NCBI GenBank assembly: GCA_963841935.1
Contig: CAWJEP010000001.1
Coordinates: forward strand, 74,487-138,486
Source: an uncultured bacterium
Lineage (GTDB): Bacteria > Patescibacteriota > Minisyncoccia > Phycocordibacterales > UBA6065
Direction: 5' to 3'
Length of the DNA: 64,000 nt
Both the position numbers and the translations under genes were made by a program. This document shows, piece by piece, positions 19,711-29,304 of the stretch. Every line of letters starts with the position of its first letter. Positions within the stretch are counted from its first letter, which is position 1. A model generated the notes under the pieces. The model had not been told where the DNA came from. It made no database searches and saw only the letters and a program-made list of their open reading frames with translations.

Positions 19711-22108
19711 AAAACTTATTCTTCTCGATTCTCACGCGATTTTGCATCGCGCTTATCACGCTTTGCCTGATTTTTCCACGGCCGCCGGGGTGCCGACCGG
19801 CGCGCTTTACGGACTCTCGCTAATGCTTTTGCGGATTATCGAGGATTTCAAACCGGACTACATTGTCGCGGCTTACGATTTGCCGAAACCAACATATCGT
19901 CATGAAGCGTTTAAGGATTACAAAGCCGGTCGGGCAAAAACAGACGAAGCTTTGATTGAGCAAATAAAAAATTCCAGGAAAATTTTCGACGCATTCAATG
20001 TTCCGATTTATGACAAAGAGGGTTTTGAGGCAGATGATGTTATAGGCACAATCGTGGAAAATACGAAAAAAGACAAAAACCTAGAGGTTGTTATTGCTTC
20101 CGGCGACATGGACACGCTCCAGCTCGTAAGCGGAGAAAAAGTGGAGGTTTTTACCCTGAAGAAAGGTATTAAAGACACTATTTTATATGACGAAGGAGCC
20201 GTGAAAAAAAGGTTTAGTTTCGGTCCGGAACTTATAACGGATTACAAGGGACTGCGTGGCGACCCTTCGGATAATATTCCAGGAATCAAGGGTATTGGAG
20301 AAAAAACCGCGACAATTCTCATATCGAATTTTGGCACAATAGAAAAAATCTACTCGGAACTTAAAAAAGGTGACGAGAAATTCCTGAAAGCAAAAATCAC
20401 GCCGAGAATCATTGAGCTTTTGAGAAACGGCGAGGAAGACGCGGAATTTTCGAAAATGCTCGCTACTATCCGCCGCGACGCCCCGATAAATTTTTCCTTA
20501 CCGAAAAAAACTTTCACGGAAAATATAGATTTTAAGAAAATCGATACGCTTTTTTCGGAACTTGAGTTTAGAACGCTTGGGCCGAGGTTGAGAAATATTT
20601 TGGGTAAAACCGAGGTAGGAGTGCCCGCCGGCGAGCGCGTAGTCTTAGCAGAGTCTTCGGAGCGCACAAGCGAGCCGGCGGGCACTCCGAACGAGGTTGT
20701 AGATCAACAGAAACTCAAAGAAGCCCAAGTGATGCTTTGGCTCGTCAATTCAAATATCAGTGACCCGAAACTCGAAGATATTTTTGCCCACACGAATACG
20801 GAAAATTTTTTTGAGGCTTATGAAAAACTCTCGAAGGAAATTGCAGAGAAAAAACTTTCTTTGGTTTACGGAGAAATAGAAAAGCCACTTATTCCGATAG
20901 TGGAAAAAATGAATGCCGTTGGCGTGAAATTGGATACGGAAATTTTGAAAAAGTTATCGGTCGAATACGGCAAGGAGGCAAAAAATCTTGAAGAAAAAAT
21001 CTGGTCGGCCGCGGGCAAAGAGTTCAACATTAATTCACCAAAACAACTCGGTGAAATTCTTTTTGTCACACTTGGTTTGAAAGCCAAAAACCAAAAGAAA
21101 ACATCGGGTGGAGCTTTTTCGACGAAAGAATCTGAGCTGGAAAAATTGCGCGACGAGCACCCGATTATCGAAAACATCCTGAATTATCGGGAGTTAAAGA
21201 AACTTTTGGGCACCTACATAGAACCCATGCCGACTTTGGTAGATAAAGACTCTCGGCTTCATGCTACTTTCATTCAGACTGGCACTACCACAGGCAGAAT
21301 GTCGTCGGAAAATCCGAATTTGCAGAATATTCCTAACAAAAACGAGCTTGGACAAAATATTCGCCGAGCTTTCGTCGCCGAAAGTGGAAACGAACTCCTA
21401 TCCTTGGATTATTCACAGGTAGAATTGCGCATAGCGGCGTTTCTTTCCGGTGATAAGAAGCTTATTTCTATTTTCAAAAACGGCGAGGACGTACACACCG
21501 CCGTGGCGGCAGAAGTTTTCAGCGTGGCGCAAAAAGACGTGACGAAAGAAATGCGCCGCCGCGCCAAAGTCATCAATTTCGGCGTGATGTACGGCATGGG
21601 AGTAAACGCTCTAAGGATAAATCTCGGCACCGACCGCGCGGCGGCGCAAAAATTCCTGACGGATTATTTCGAAAAATTCTCCGGTCTCGCTTCCTATTTG
21701 GAGAAAATAAAAAAAGAAGCCGCGGAACGCGGTTACACAGAGACTTTGTTCGGCCGGCGCAGGTATTTTGAAGGTATAAAATCCAAAGTGCCATTTATTA
21801 GGGCTTCCGCAGAACGCATGGCGATAAACGCGCCGATTCAAGGAACCGAAGCGGATATTGTGAAGTTGGCGATGATAAAACTAGACGAACTTATTCGATC
21901 CGAATCGCTCGAAAACAAGGCGAGACTCATTCTCCAAGTCCACGACGAACTTGTTTACGAAATCGAAAAGGGAATAGCGCCGAAAATCATGCCGAAAATT
22001 AAAAAAATAATGGAGTCCGTCGTTCCTTTGGAAAAATCCCACGGCATTGTCTGTGTCGCCGAAGCCAAAGTCGGGGACAACTGGCAAGATATGGAGGAGT
22101 TAAAATAA
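19694..22108 (+). CDS. polA: DNA polymerase I (5'-3' exonuclease plus polymerase; no 3'-5' exo domain)
   Basis: HRAYHALP, EADDVIGT, GDPSDNIPG, DYSQVELR, AKVINFGVMYG, LQVHDEL. Confidence 0.97.
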   Translation: MKSFSKKLILLDSHAILHRAYHALPDFSTAAGVPTGALYGLSLMLLRIIEDFKPDYIVAAYDLPKPTYRHEAFKDYKAGRAKTDEALIEQIKNSRKIFDAFNVPIYDKEGFEADDVIGTIVENTKKDKNLEVVIASGDMDTLQLVSGEKVEVFTLKKGIKDTILYDEGAVKKRFSFGPELITDYKGLRGDPSDNIPGIKGIGEKTATILISNFGTIEKIYSELKKGDEKFLKAKITPRIIELLRNGEEDAEFSKMLATIRRDAPINFSLPKKTFTENIDFKKIDTLFSELEFRTLGPRLRNILGKTEVGVPAGERVVLAESSERTSEPAGTPNEVVDQQKLKEAQVMLWLVNSNISDPKLEDIFAHTNTENFFEAYEKLSKEIAEKKLSLVYGEIEKPLIPIVEKMNAVGVKLDTEILKKLSVEYGKEAKNLEEKIWSAAGKEFNINSPKQLGEILFVTLGLKAKNQKKTSGGAFSTKESELEKLRDEHPIIENILNYRELKKLLGTYIEPMPTLVDKDSRLHATFIQTGTTTGRMSSENPNLQNIPNKNELGQNIRRAFVAESGNELLSLDYSQVELRIAAFLSGDKKLISIFKNGEDVHTAVAAEVFSVAQKDVTKEMRRRAKVINFGVMYGMGVNALRINLGTDRAAAQKFLTDYFEKFSGLASYLEKIKKEAAERGYTETLFGRRRYFEGIKSKVPFIRASAERMAINAPIQGTEADIVKLAMIKLDELIRSESLENKARLILQVHDELVYEIEKGIAPKIMPKIKKIMESVVPLEKSHGIVCVAEAKVGDNWQDMEELK
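20611..20697. repeat. In-frame palindromic insertion in polA with possible 6-bp direct repeat
   Basis: 15-bp perfect IR GGAGTGCCCGCCGGC (20618-32) / GCCGGCGGGCACTCC (20674-88); CGAGGT at 20611 and 20692, 81 nt apart. Confidence 0.7.
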
Positions 22109-22112
22109 ACTC

Positions 22113-22766
22113 ATGATTTATCTTTTTTACGGGCCTGATGTTGAGACTTCACGGACAAAAGCCAGAGCGCTTTTTGAATCGCTCAGGGCTAAAAAACCAG
22201 ACGCGGCATTCGGAGAGCTTGTTGCCGAAGGACTGATCGAAGACAAAATCAAAGAACTTGTCGGCGGCCAAGGACTTTTCTCTAACAAATGCGTCATTTT
22301 CTGCGATAATATTTTTTCCGACACAGAGGCACGGGAAATCGCCGAACCATTCATTTCAGACCTCAAAGAATCGCCGAACATTTTTATTTTGCTCGAAAAA
22401 TCGCCGATAAAAAAGATTTTCGAAAAACTGGAGAAAAACGCCGAGAAATCGCAGGAGTTTGAGGGAAATAACGTCGATACTAAAAAGGAATGGAACGATT
22501 TTGCTTTGGCTAATGCTATCGGCGCTCGAAATCCGTTCAAGGCCTGGAAAGAATACCGCGTGCTTGTCGAGCGAGACCCGGAGTTCGAGAAAATTCACGG
22601 GCAGATTTTCTGGAAGGTGAAGCAGATGATTTTTTACGGGAGCCCCGTTTTTTCGTCGAAAGAACTTGTATCAATGTCTCGGACCCTCGCGATCATTTAT
22701 CATCAAGCCCATAGGGGTAATTGCGACTTCGAGCTTTCCTTGGAAAAATTTTTGCTCAAATTGTGA
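22113..22766 (+). CDS. Shortened DNA polymerase III delta (HolA)-like protein
   Basis: MIYLFYGPD, GQGLFSNK, FALANAIGARN, C-terminal LELSLEKFLL-like helix (FELSLEKFLL). Confidence 0.65.
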   Translation: MIYLFYGPDVETSRTKARALFESLRAKKPDAAFGELVAEGLIEDKIKELVGGQGLFSNKCVIFCDNIFSDTEAREIAEPFISDLKESPNIFILLEKSPIKKIFEKLEKNAEKSQEFEGNNVDTKKEWNDFALANAIGARNPFKAWKEYRVLVERDPEFEKIHGQIFWKVKQMIFYGSPVFSSKELVSMSRTLAIIYHQAHRGNCDFELSLEKFLLKL

Positions 22767-22797
22767 TTTTGTGGCTTTGTGATAATATCGTTTTATT

Positions 22798-22870
22798 CCG
22801 CCCATAGCTCAGTCGGTAGAGCAGCTCCCTTTTAAGGAGAGGGTCGTTGGTTCGATTCCAACTGGGCGGA
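22798..22870 (+). tRNA. tRNA-Lys(TTT)
   Basis: Acceptor CCGCCCA/TGGGCGG, anticodon loop CT TTT AA, TTCGATT T-loop. Confidence 0.93.
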
Positions 22871-22910
22871 CAATGTCTTCGACTTTAGAAATCAAAACGG
22901 CGGATCATAT

Positions 22911-23381
22911 ATGAAGCGGATTTATATCGTCCTGCCGAACCTGAGAAGCGTGTACAACGTCGGCGCGATTTTCCGAACCGCCGACGCGGTTGGTGTCTCC
23001 AAAATATATCTCTCGGGCACGACACCGACACCACTCGACAGGTTCGGAAAATCGCGCAAAGATTTTTCCAAGTCCGCTCTCGGAGCCGAGAAAAATATTG
23101 AATGGGAATACATAAGAAGTCCGCTTGTGTTGATGAAAAAACTGCGAAAGGAGAAATTCGATATTATAGCCGTTGAACAGGCGAAAAAATCGGTTGATTA
23201 CAAGAAACTTAAGCCAAACAAAAAAACGGCGATTGTTTTCGGAAACGAAACGAGGGGGATATCAAAATCACTTTTGAAAAATGTTGATACTGTCGCCGAA
23301 ATACCCATGAGGGGGACGAAGGAATCGCTAAATGTTTCCGTCGCCGCTGGGATTGTCCTCTTCAGATGGTTTGACCGATAG
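22911..23381 (+). CDS. TrmH/SpoU family RNA methyltransferase
   Basis: NVGAIFRTADA, VFGNETRG, EIPMRGTKESLNVSVA. Confidence 0.92.
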   Translation: MKRIYIVLPNLRSVYNVGAIFRTADAVGVSKIYLSGTTPTPLDRFGKSRKDFSKSALGAEKNIEWEYIRSPLVLMKKLRKEKFDIIAVEQAKKSVDYKKLKPNKKTAIVFGNETRGISKSLLKNVDTVAEIPMRGTKESLNVSVAAGIVLFRWFDR

Positions 23382-23609
23382 TTATTTTTTCAAACCAGGA
23401 ACTATCACGGTTGTGGTAGCCAACGGAACGTTCTTAATCGGCACGCCGCCATATATTTGTCCCGAACCGTTTGCCGCCGGCGGTGGCTTGATAAACACGC
23501 CCTCCTGTGAAGTCGCGCGGTTTGGACCGTTGGTGAAAAGCCACAAACAGAAAACCGCCGCAAAAATGATAAAGAAGAAACCGATTTCTTTCCAAACTTC
23601 TTCTGACAT
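23382..23609 (-). CDS. Small membrane-anchored hypothetical protein
   Basis: 75 aa, one TM helix, directly downstream of mutM. Confidence 0.6.
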   Translation of the reverse strand: MSEEVWKEIGFFFIIFAAVFCLWLFTNGPNRATSQEGVFIKPPPAANGSGQIYGGVPIKNVPLATTTVIVPGLKK

Positions 23610-23616
23610 AATTGAA

Positions 23617-24534
23617 TTATATTAGTTTTTGGTGTTTATCGCAAAAATGTGCACTTCTGCCACCAACCTTGATTCGCCTGATTATTCCGGCGCAACCGCT
23701 CTTTCTACATTTTTCTCCCGTGCGTTGGTATGCTTCATGGCGCAATTGAAACTTACCTTTTTCGCCTAAAATATTTCTGTAATCCGACATCGAGTCACCA
23801 CCGAAATTCATCCCGAGTCGAAGAACCTTTTTCATAGCCCAAAAAAGCCCTTGCGCTTTTTTGGGCGTGACCTTATTTATTTTTTGGAGCGGATGGATTC
23901 CGGCGCGCCAAAGCATTTCGTCCGAGTAAATATTTCCGATGCCGGAAATCACGGACGAGTCCATCAAAGTCTTTTTTATTGGCCAGTTTGGCTTTGTTCG
24001 CAATCGCCCAATAAATTTTTCAAAAGTCAGTTTTGGATCGAGGGCGTCCGGGCCATGTTCTTCCAAGTGCTCTGATTTTTCTATGCCTCGCGTTTCTTCT
24101 ATCGAAACTCGCGCGAATTTTCTCATATCGGAAAGAGCCAGCGATTTTTCGTCCGAAAGAGAAAAAATCAAATGGACGAATCTGTTGAAGGGGTCGTCTT
24201 TAAGCGGTCCAGCGCCGGTCGCCAACCATTTATTTTCTTTTTTATCGAATTTGTATTTACCATAAAGTAAATGGCCGGTCATTTTCATATGAATAAGTAT
24301 TGTTTTGCCGTCGGAAAGATTTATCAGAACATTTTTTCCTACTCTTTTTGCCCCAATGATTTTTTTTCCGACGACCACGCGCTTAAATTTCTTGAAATAC
24401 TTTGGATTTTTTATGTTGTCTTTTCCGGCGTGAAAGGAACTGTTGTAATCAGTCCAAACTTTACGGACCGTAAGTCCGCTCATATACTTTTTTATTCCGT
24501 TTACCGTTGTTTGAACCTCCGGAAGTTCTGGCAT
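23617..24534 (-). CDS. mutM: Formamidopyrimidine-DNA glycosylase
   Basis: MPELPEV, HMKMTG, GIGNIYSDE, C-terminal zinc finger. Confidence 0.96.
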   Translation of the reverse strand: MPELPEVQTTVNGIKKYMSGLTVRKVWTDYNSSFHAGKDNIKNPKYFKKFKRVVVGKKIIGAKRVGKNVLINLSDGKTILIHMKMTGHLLYGKYKFDKKENKWLATGAGPLKDDPFNRFVHLIFSLSDEKSLALSDMRKFARVSIEETRGIEKSEHLEEHGPDALDPKLTFEKFIGRLRTKPNWPIKKTLMDSSVISGIGNIYSDEMLWRAGIHPLQKINKVTPKKAQGLFWAMKKVLRLGMNFGGDSMSDYRNILGEKGKFQLRHEAYQRTGEKCRKSGCAGIIRRIKVGGRSAHFCDKHQKLI

Positions 24535-24535
24535 T

Positions 24536-25786
24536 TTATTTCAAAATTTTTCTTAATTCCTCCTGTGCCACGGAGGAATCGCTCCACGGTATTTTGCTTC
24601 CGTTCGCGGTCATTATGTATGGGTCCGTGCCTTTGCCGGTGATGAGAACCGCGTCGCCGGATTTAGCCAGAGAAATGGCCTTATTTATAGCTATTCTTCT
24701 GTCCATTATGACAAGCGGCTTCGCGTCAGGAATTGCCGCCGCCATTCCCTCGACAATTTTCTGCGGGTCATCATCATAAGGGTCTTCGTTGGTGAGGATT
24801 ATTTCGTCACATTCTTTTTCGGCGATTTTCGCCATTTTGTCTCTTTTCCAAACATCGCGGCCGCCGCCGGTATTGCCGAGGACGCAGATTCGGCGGCGGC
24901 CTTTGAATGCGTCATACAAAGCCTGAAGCGATTCCGGCGTGTGGGCATAATCGACGACGACATCGAAATTTTGTCCCTCTTTTATCCGTTCCACACGACC
25001 AGGAATGTACGAAAATTTTTCCAAGGCCGCCACTATTTTCTCTTTCGGTATGCCTTGGGTTTCGGCGTATGTAACGGCGGCAAGTACATTCATCATATTG
25101 AAATCGCCGGTGAGAGGCGTCTTGTAACCTTTCGTGTCGGAAAGGGAAAAAGTCAGCTTTCCGCCGAAATTTTTGGCCAAAAATTTCGGCGTTTCTTTGT
25201 CGTCCGCGTTTCCGACGAAAATAGTTTTCGGTTTTTTCGATCTTACGACAGCGTCGGCTATGGAAAGCTTGGCCGCGACATAATTTTCATATGAGCCGTG
25301 AGCCTCGATGTGTTCTGGCGCCAAGTTTGTGAATATGAGTCCGTCAAAATCTATAAATCTGTGTCGGAAAAGTTCCGCACCTTGGCTGGTCACTTCCAAA
25401 ATCGCATAATCACATTTCGCGTCCACGGCGTGCCGCAAAAATCTTTGGACGAAAAATCTTCCGGGCATAGACATCTTATACATATTCGGTCGCGACTCAC
25501 TTCCAATTTTAAATCTGATGGTGTTTGAGACAGCGGTTTTATATCCAGCTTCCTCAAGAATCGCGTTTAAGATTTCCGTCACGGAACTTTTTCCTTTCGT
25601 CCCCGTGACGGCAATGACTTTTATATGTCGAGAAGGCCCGCCTCGACTCGACGTCTTCGGCGAGGCGGGGAAGCGATATACAACCGCCGAAAGAAAGGCC
25701 AAGGAGAAATGATACGCCGGAGCGAATGCCGAAAAAATCTTTGCCGGTATAAATTTCTTGGTCTTTTGGAGGAATGTGTCCATCAT
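24536..25786 (-). CDS. murE: UDP-MurNAc-tripeptide synthetase (MurE-like) with 11-aa palindromic insertion
   Basis: VTGTKGKSS, EVTSQG, TNLAPEH, PGRVE, VDYAHTPES, NEDPY, TGKG. Confidence 0.9.
   Translation of the reverse strand: MMDTFLQKTKKFIPAKIFSAFAPAYHFSLAFLSAVVYRFPASPKTSSRGGPSRHIKVIAVTGTKGKSSVTEILNAILEEAGYKTAVSNTIRFKIGSESRPNMYKMSMPGRFFVQRFLRHAVDAKCDYAILEVTSQGAELFRHRFIDFDGLIFTNLAPEHIEAHGSYENYVAAKLSIADAVVRSKKPKTIFVGNADDKETPKFLAKNFGGKLTFSLSDTKGYKTPLTGDFNMMNVLAAVTYAETQGIPKEKIVAALEKFSYIPGRVERIKEGQNFDVVVDYAHTPESLQALYDAFKGRRRICVLGNTGGGRDVWKRDKMAKIAEKECDEIILTNEDPYDDDPQKIVEGMAAAIPDAKPLVIMDRRIAINKAISLAKSGDAVLITGKGTDPYIMTANGSKIPWSDSSVAQEELRKILK
25637..25669. repeat. 33-bp palindromic element, copy 1 (in murE)
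   Basis: CCCGCCTCG-ACTCGACGTCTTCGG-CGAGGCGGG; encodes PASPKTSSRGG. Confidence 0.9.
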
Positions 25787-25787
25787 A

Positions 25788-26354
25788 TTATTTACCCAGA
25801 ATTTTCAAGGCTTTTTTCACTCGTTCGCCGGTATCCGTGACTTTGTCACCGACTTTTTCCAGAGCTTCGCGAGATTCGGCGTGGCCGAAACCGAGAGATT
25901 TGAGCGCCTCGAGAGCGTCGGCCTCGTCGGCCGGCATAAGGCCGCCGTCTTCACCATCAAGCTTGCCTTTGAGTTCCAAAATAATTTTGTCCGCTAATTT
26001 CTTGCCGATGCCGGAAACACGCGTGAGGTGCGCCGTGTCGCCGGAGAAAACCGCACGACGCAAAGCTTGGGCAGATGAGACATTCAGAATATTTAACGCT
26101 GATTTTGGACCGACGCCGGAGACGGCTGAGACCAAAAGCTCGAACAAATCCAAGTCCTCTTTCGTCAAAAATCCGTACAAAGTTTGAGAATCTTCTCTGA
26201 CCGCGAAGTGCGTCCAAAGGGAAATGTTATTTCCGTCTTTCACGCCGCCGAGCGTTTTGCCCGTGACGAAAACCTTATAACCGATATCGCCAACTTCCAC
26301 GACGAGAGATTTTCCGTCTTTATATATGATTGTTCCTGAAATATGGGAAATCAT
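25788..26354 (-). CDS. ruvA: Holliday junction branch migration protein RuvA
   Basis: MISHISG, VREDSQTLYGF, VSGVGPKSAL, ALKSLGF. Confidence 0.96.
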   Translation of the reverse strand: MISHISGTIIYKDGKSLVVEVGDIGYKVFVTGKTLGGVKDGNNISLWTHFAVREDSQTLYGFLTKEDLDLFELLVSAVSGVGPKSALNILNVSSAQALRRAVFSGDTAHLTRVSGIGKKLADKIILELKGKLDGEDGGLMPADEADALEALKSLGFGHAESREALEKVGDKVTDTGERVKKALKILGK

Positions 26355-26410
26355 ATCTAAATCATATACCATTTGCCTTTTCCAGTCCTTTTTGTTAATC
26401 TCACCTCACA

Positions 26411-26674
26411 ATGCCGATAACAAGTTCAGCGAAAAAAGCTCTCCGCGCCAGCAAACGCAAGCGCATCTATAACATTCGCCACCGCGATTCTTTTGCCGAT
26501 GTCATAAAGAAAATAGAGAAGCTCGCCGTCGTCAAAAACGTGAAAGAAGCCATGAAACTTCTTCCGCTCGCTTACAAAGAAATAGACAAAGCGGCCAAGA
26601 CCGGTTTTATAAAGAAAAACAATGCGGCTCGCAAGAAATCCCGCCTTTCGGCTCTCATCAAGAAAATAAAATAA
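26411..26674 (+). CDS. rpsT: 30S ribosomal protein S20
   Basis: MPITSSAKKALR...IDKAAKTGFIKKNNAARKKSRL. Confidence 0.96.
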   Translation: MPITSSAKKALRASKRKRIYNIRHRDSFADVIKKIEKLAVVKNVKEAMKLLPLAYKEIDKAAKTGFIKKNNAARKKSRLSALIKKIK

Positions 26675-26698
26675 AAAATCCCCGGAGAGGGGATTTTT
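26674..26698. terminator. Bidirectional terminator
   Basis: AAAAATCCCC-ggaga-GGGGATTTTT between convergent genes. Confidence 0.65.
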
Positions 26699-26699
26699 A

Positions 26700-27851
26700 C
26701 TAGAGAGCTTTTTTGATAATCTGATTTGCCGCGTATAGTCCCGTTATGAAAGCGTCCTCCATAAGGCTGAAGTTGTAATCCGAGGCTAGATAAAATCCCG
26801 CACCAAGTTTTTGTTTTATGACATTTTTGTCCGGGAGGTTCATTCCAGTTTCCCAAAATATTTTGTCCAAGACCTTAAAATCTTCATAATATTCAGTTAA
26901 ATCCAAATCACCGGTTTTTGCATAAATTAAATCGCCACCAGATTTCTGTTTCCACAACAAATACGTATTATGAGATTCAGGTCGAAGAACAACACCTTTT
27001 TTATGGGCATATTCTGCTTTTCGATCGCCCATTACGTAATATGTAAAGACAGAGGTGGTTTTATAAGGTTTTGGAACGTCGTATGCAATTTTAATATCCA
27101 AATAAGGCGCCGCCACAACAACATTTTTAGCAAGAAATTCGTTTTTGTTAGTGGTTATTAAATAATCACCGACTTTTTGTTTTTCTATGGAAATGACCGT
27201 ATCAATAATAATTTTTGACTCAAAACCACGCGACAATCGTTCGGCGGTTCTACTTGTATCCACGATATACGCCGGCCGAATCATGGTAAAAAAGAGATAG
27301 AGGTAGTAGAAGGCATTCATGTCTTTTGAAGTCGTGAACACGTTTGTCCCCGCAGTTGGCTGTCCAAATTGATAATCTAATTCTTCAAAACTATACAGCT
27401 TCAAAAAATCACTTGCCGATAAATGCCAATATTTTTTAAGTAGGGGGTCGTTTTCTATAAGAGTATATAGTTCCTCATGCTCGGCATTTTTTCTCATGAT
27501 ATTAAGCCGACTCCTAAACTGTTTCAGTAAATGGATAAATCGAATGATTTTTGGAAGATATTTTAAATTATTGAAAGAAAATATTGTTCTATAATTTTTA
27601 CCGTTGAAGAAATAAAAATCACGCACGCGAAAAGGTTCTATGATGTCTACGAACGGCATCAAGTTGAAATAATCCGAATTAATGTAGACCCCACCAAGGC
27701 TGACCGCCGAGTTTATTTTTGAAGTTTTAATTCGCCCACCAATATCTTTTGAAATAACGATGAAATCTTTGCCGGCGGAGTGTAATTTATTGGCACACGC
27801 AAGACCAGAGATACCGGCCCCAACGATTACTGTTTCTACAGATATAGCCAT
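26700..27851 (-). CDS. FAD-dependent oxidoreductase (amine oxidase/protoporphyrinogen oxidase-like fold)
   Basis: IVGAGISGLACA Rossmann motif, IGGRIKT, ASDY...MEDAFITGLYAA; visibly AT-rich. Confidence 0.8.
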   Translation of the reverse strand: MAISVETVIVGAGISGLACANKLHSAGKDFIVISKDIGGRIKTSKINSAVSLGGVYINSDYFNLMPFVDIIEPFRVRDFYFFNGKNYRTIFSFNNLKYLPKIIRFIHLLKQFRSRLNIMRKNAEHEELYTLIENDPLLKKYWHLSASDFLKLYSFEELDYQFGQPTAGTNVFTTSKDMNAFYYLYLFFTMIRPAYIVDTSRTAERLSRGFESKIIIDTVISIEKQKVGDYLITTNKNEFLAKNVVVAAPYLDIKIAYDVPKPYKTTSVFTYYVMGDRKAEYAHKKGVVLRPESHNTYLLWKQKSGGDLIYAKTGDLDLTEYYEDFKVLDKIFWETGMNLPDKNVIKQKLGAGFYLASDYNFSLMEDAFITGLYAANQIIKKAL

Positions 27852-27874
27852 TTGCGGATGGGTGAGATTCGAAC
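27850..27874 (-). pseudogene. tRNA 3'-end remnant (T-arm/acceptor), inverted relative to tRNA-Ser(TGA)
   Basis: Minus strand GTTCGAATCTCACccaTCCGCAAAT versus GTTCGAATCTCACttccTCCGCAAAT at 28485-28510. Confidence 0.6.
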
Positions 27875-27934
27875 ATAGCAGACAATTAAATTATATTAAA
27901 AACACAACGTTTAATATAGTGGTATAATGGACTA

Positions 27935-28414
27935 ATGGGTGAGTATATTAGAAAACCAAATATCAAATGTTTTGTTTGTGGCAAATCCGTCTACAGGAGA
28001 CCAATACAAATAAAACAGAGCGACGGAAGAGCTTTTTGCAGTCAGGTTTGTTATGGAATTTATTGCAGGAAAGAGAAACCTTGTATAATATGCGGGAAGC
28101 CGATTTTGGCTGGTCTTCACAAAAAGACCTGTAGTAGAGAATGTTCGAATAAAAATAGAGCGGGGATAAAGTATGGAGCCGGTAGACCAAATGATAAGGC
28201 AAAACAATATCGAAATCTAAAAACAATATTGTTTGAAGAACGAGGCAAGAAATGCGAACGGTGCGGATTCAATAAGTTTGAAATTCTCGAGATACATCAC
28301 AAAGACAGAGATAGACGACACAATACTCTCAGAAACCTCGAACTTATTTGCCCGAATTGTCATGCCGAGGAACATTATTCAAAAAACGGCTTGTTGAGAA
28401 AAGGCGGAAAATAA
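27935..28414 (+). CDS. HNH endonuclease with N-terminal zinc-ribbon repeats
   Basis: CFVC...FCSQVC, CIIC...TCSREC, CERCG...EIHHKDRDRRHNTLRNLELICPNCHAEEH. Confidence 0.9.
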   Translation: MGEYIRKPNIKCFVCGKSVYRRPIQIKQSDGRAFCSQVCYGIYCRKEKPCIICGKPILAGLHKKTCSRECSNKNRAGIKYGAGRPNDKAKQYRNLKTILFEERGKKCERCGFNKFEILEIHHKDRDRRHNTLRNLELICPNCHAEEHYSKNGLLRKGGK

Positions 28415-28417
28415 AAT

Positions 28418-28505
28418 GGAGGAATGGCTCGAGAGGTTTAAGGCACCGCTCTTGAAAAGCGGAATCCCCGCAAGGGGATCGTGAGTTCGAATCTCACTTC
28501 CTCCG
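28418..28505 (+). tRNA. tRNA-Ser(TGA)
   Basis: GGAGGAA/TTCCTCC acceptor, CCGCT-CT TGA AA-AGCGG, long variable arm, G73. Confidence 0.95.
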
Positions 28506-28521
28506 CAAATATATCAACAAA

Positions 28522-28770
28522 CTATTTTGTCTCCGGAGTTTCTACGGATTTGTTCTTTCTTATTTTCGAAAAAAAGAATATGTAGAGGATTTCCAAAATA
28601 CCGGCGGTGTTGACGATGAGGAGAATGACGAACCACCAAGGGCTTTTGTTTCTCGCTGCTTTCCACAGGGCGTAGCCCTTCCACGGAATGGTCCAGAGCG
28701 CCAGGATTATCAATAGCGCCAACAAGAACGGATTATTAAGGGAACTGTGAATGATTGTCGTACTTTGCAT
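28522..28770 (-). CDS. DUF5652-like small membrane protein
   Basis: LWTIPWKGYALWKAARNKSPWWFVILLIVNTAGILEILYIF. Confidence 0.8.
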   Translation of the reverse strand: MQSTTIIHSSLNNPFLLALLIILALWTIPWKGYALWKAARNKSPWWFVILLIVNTAGILEILYIFFFSKIRKNKSVETPETK

Positions 28771-28810
28771 ATGTAGAGTTTATCATGAAATAAGTGGTAT
28801 AATAATGCCG

Positions 28811-29266
28811 ATGCAACCTTTTGTTTGGGAAACTCACGAATATTTGCACAAGCCAAAGACCTCGGATTGGTTTTGGGCTATCGGCATTGTCGCGGCCGCC
28901 TGCGTTTTCATCTCCGTTCTTCTCGGCAACATCCTTTTCGCCATTTTCATTGCCCTCGCGGCTTTCGCCCTGTCTCTTTACGCCGCGAGGAAACCCAAGA
29001 AAATAAACGTGGAGATAAATTCCAAAGGCATTCGCGTGAGCGGCACGGTTTTTCCTTTCGCCCACATAAAAAATTTCGCCCTTCTGGTCGAGAGCCGTTC
29101 GCCGTCCTTGATTCTCACCGTGGACAAGCTTCTAATGCCGCACATTCTCATACCTCTGGGAGATATCGACGCCGAAGATGTTCGAACGCTACTTTTGCCG
29201 AGACTTCCGGAAAGTCACTACGAAGAACCGATTTCACAAAAACTTTTCGACGCTTTCGGCTTCTGA
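28811..29266 (+). CDS. Conserved two-TM protein with PH-like C-terminal domain
   Basis: WETHEYLHKPKTSDWFW, two TMs; start 28811 lies 7 nt after TGgTATAAT. Confidence 0.7.
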   Translation: MQPFVWETHEYLHKPKTSDWFWAIGIVAAACVFISVLLGNILFAIFIALAAFALSLYAARKPKKINVEINSKGIRVSGTVFPFAHIKNFALLVESRSPSLILTVDKLLMPHILIPLGDIDAEDVRTLLLPRLPESHYEEPISQKLFDAFGF

Positions 29267-29304
29267 TTTTCATTTTTCGCCGGTTTGGTGTAATTTGAAT
29301 ACGC

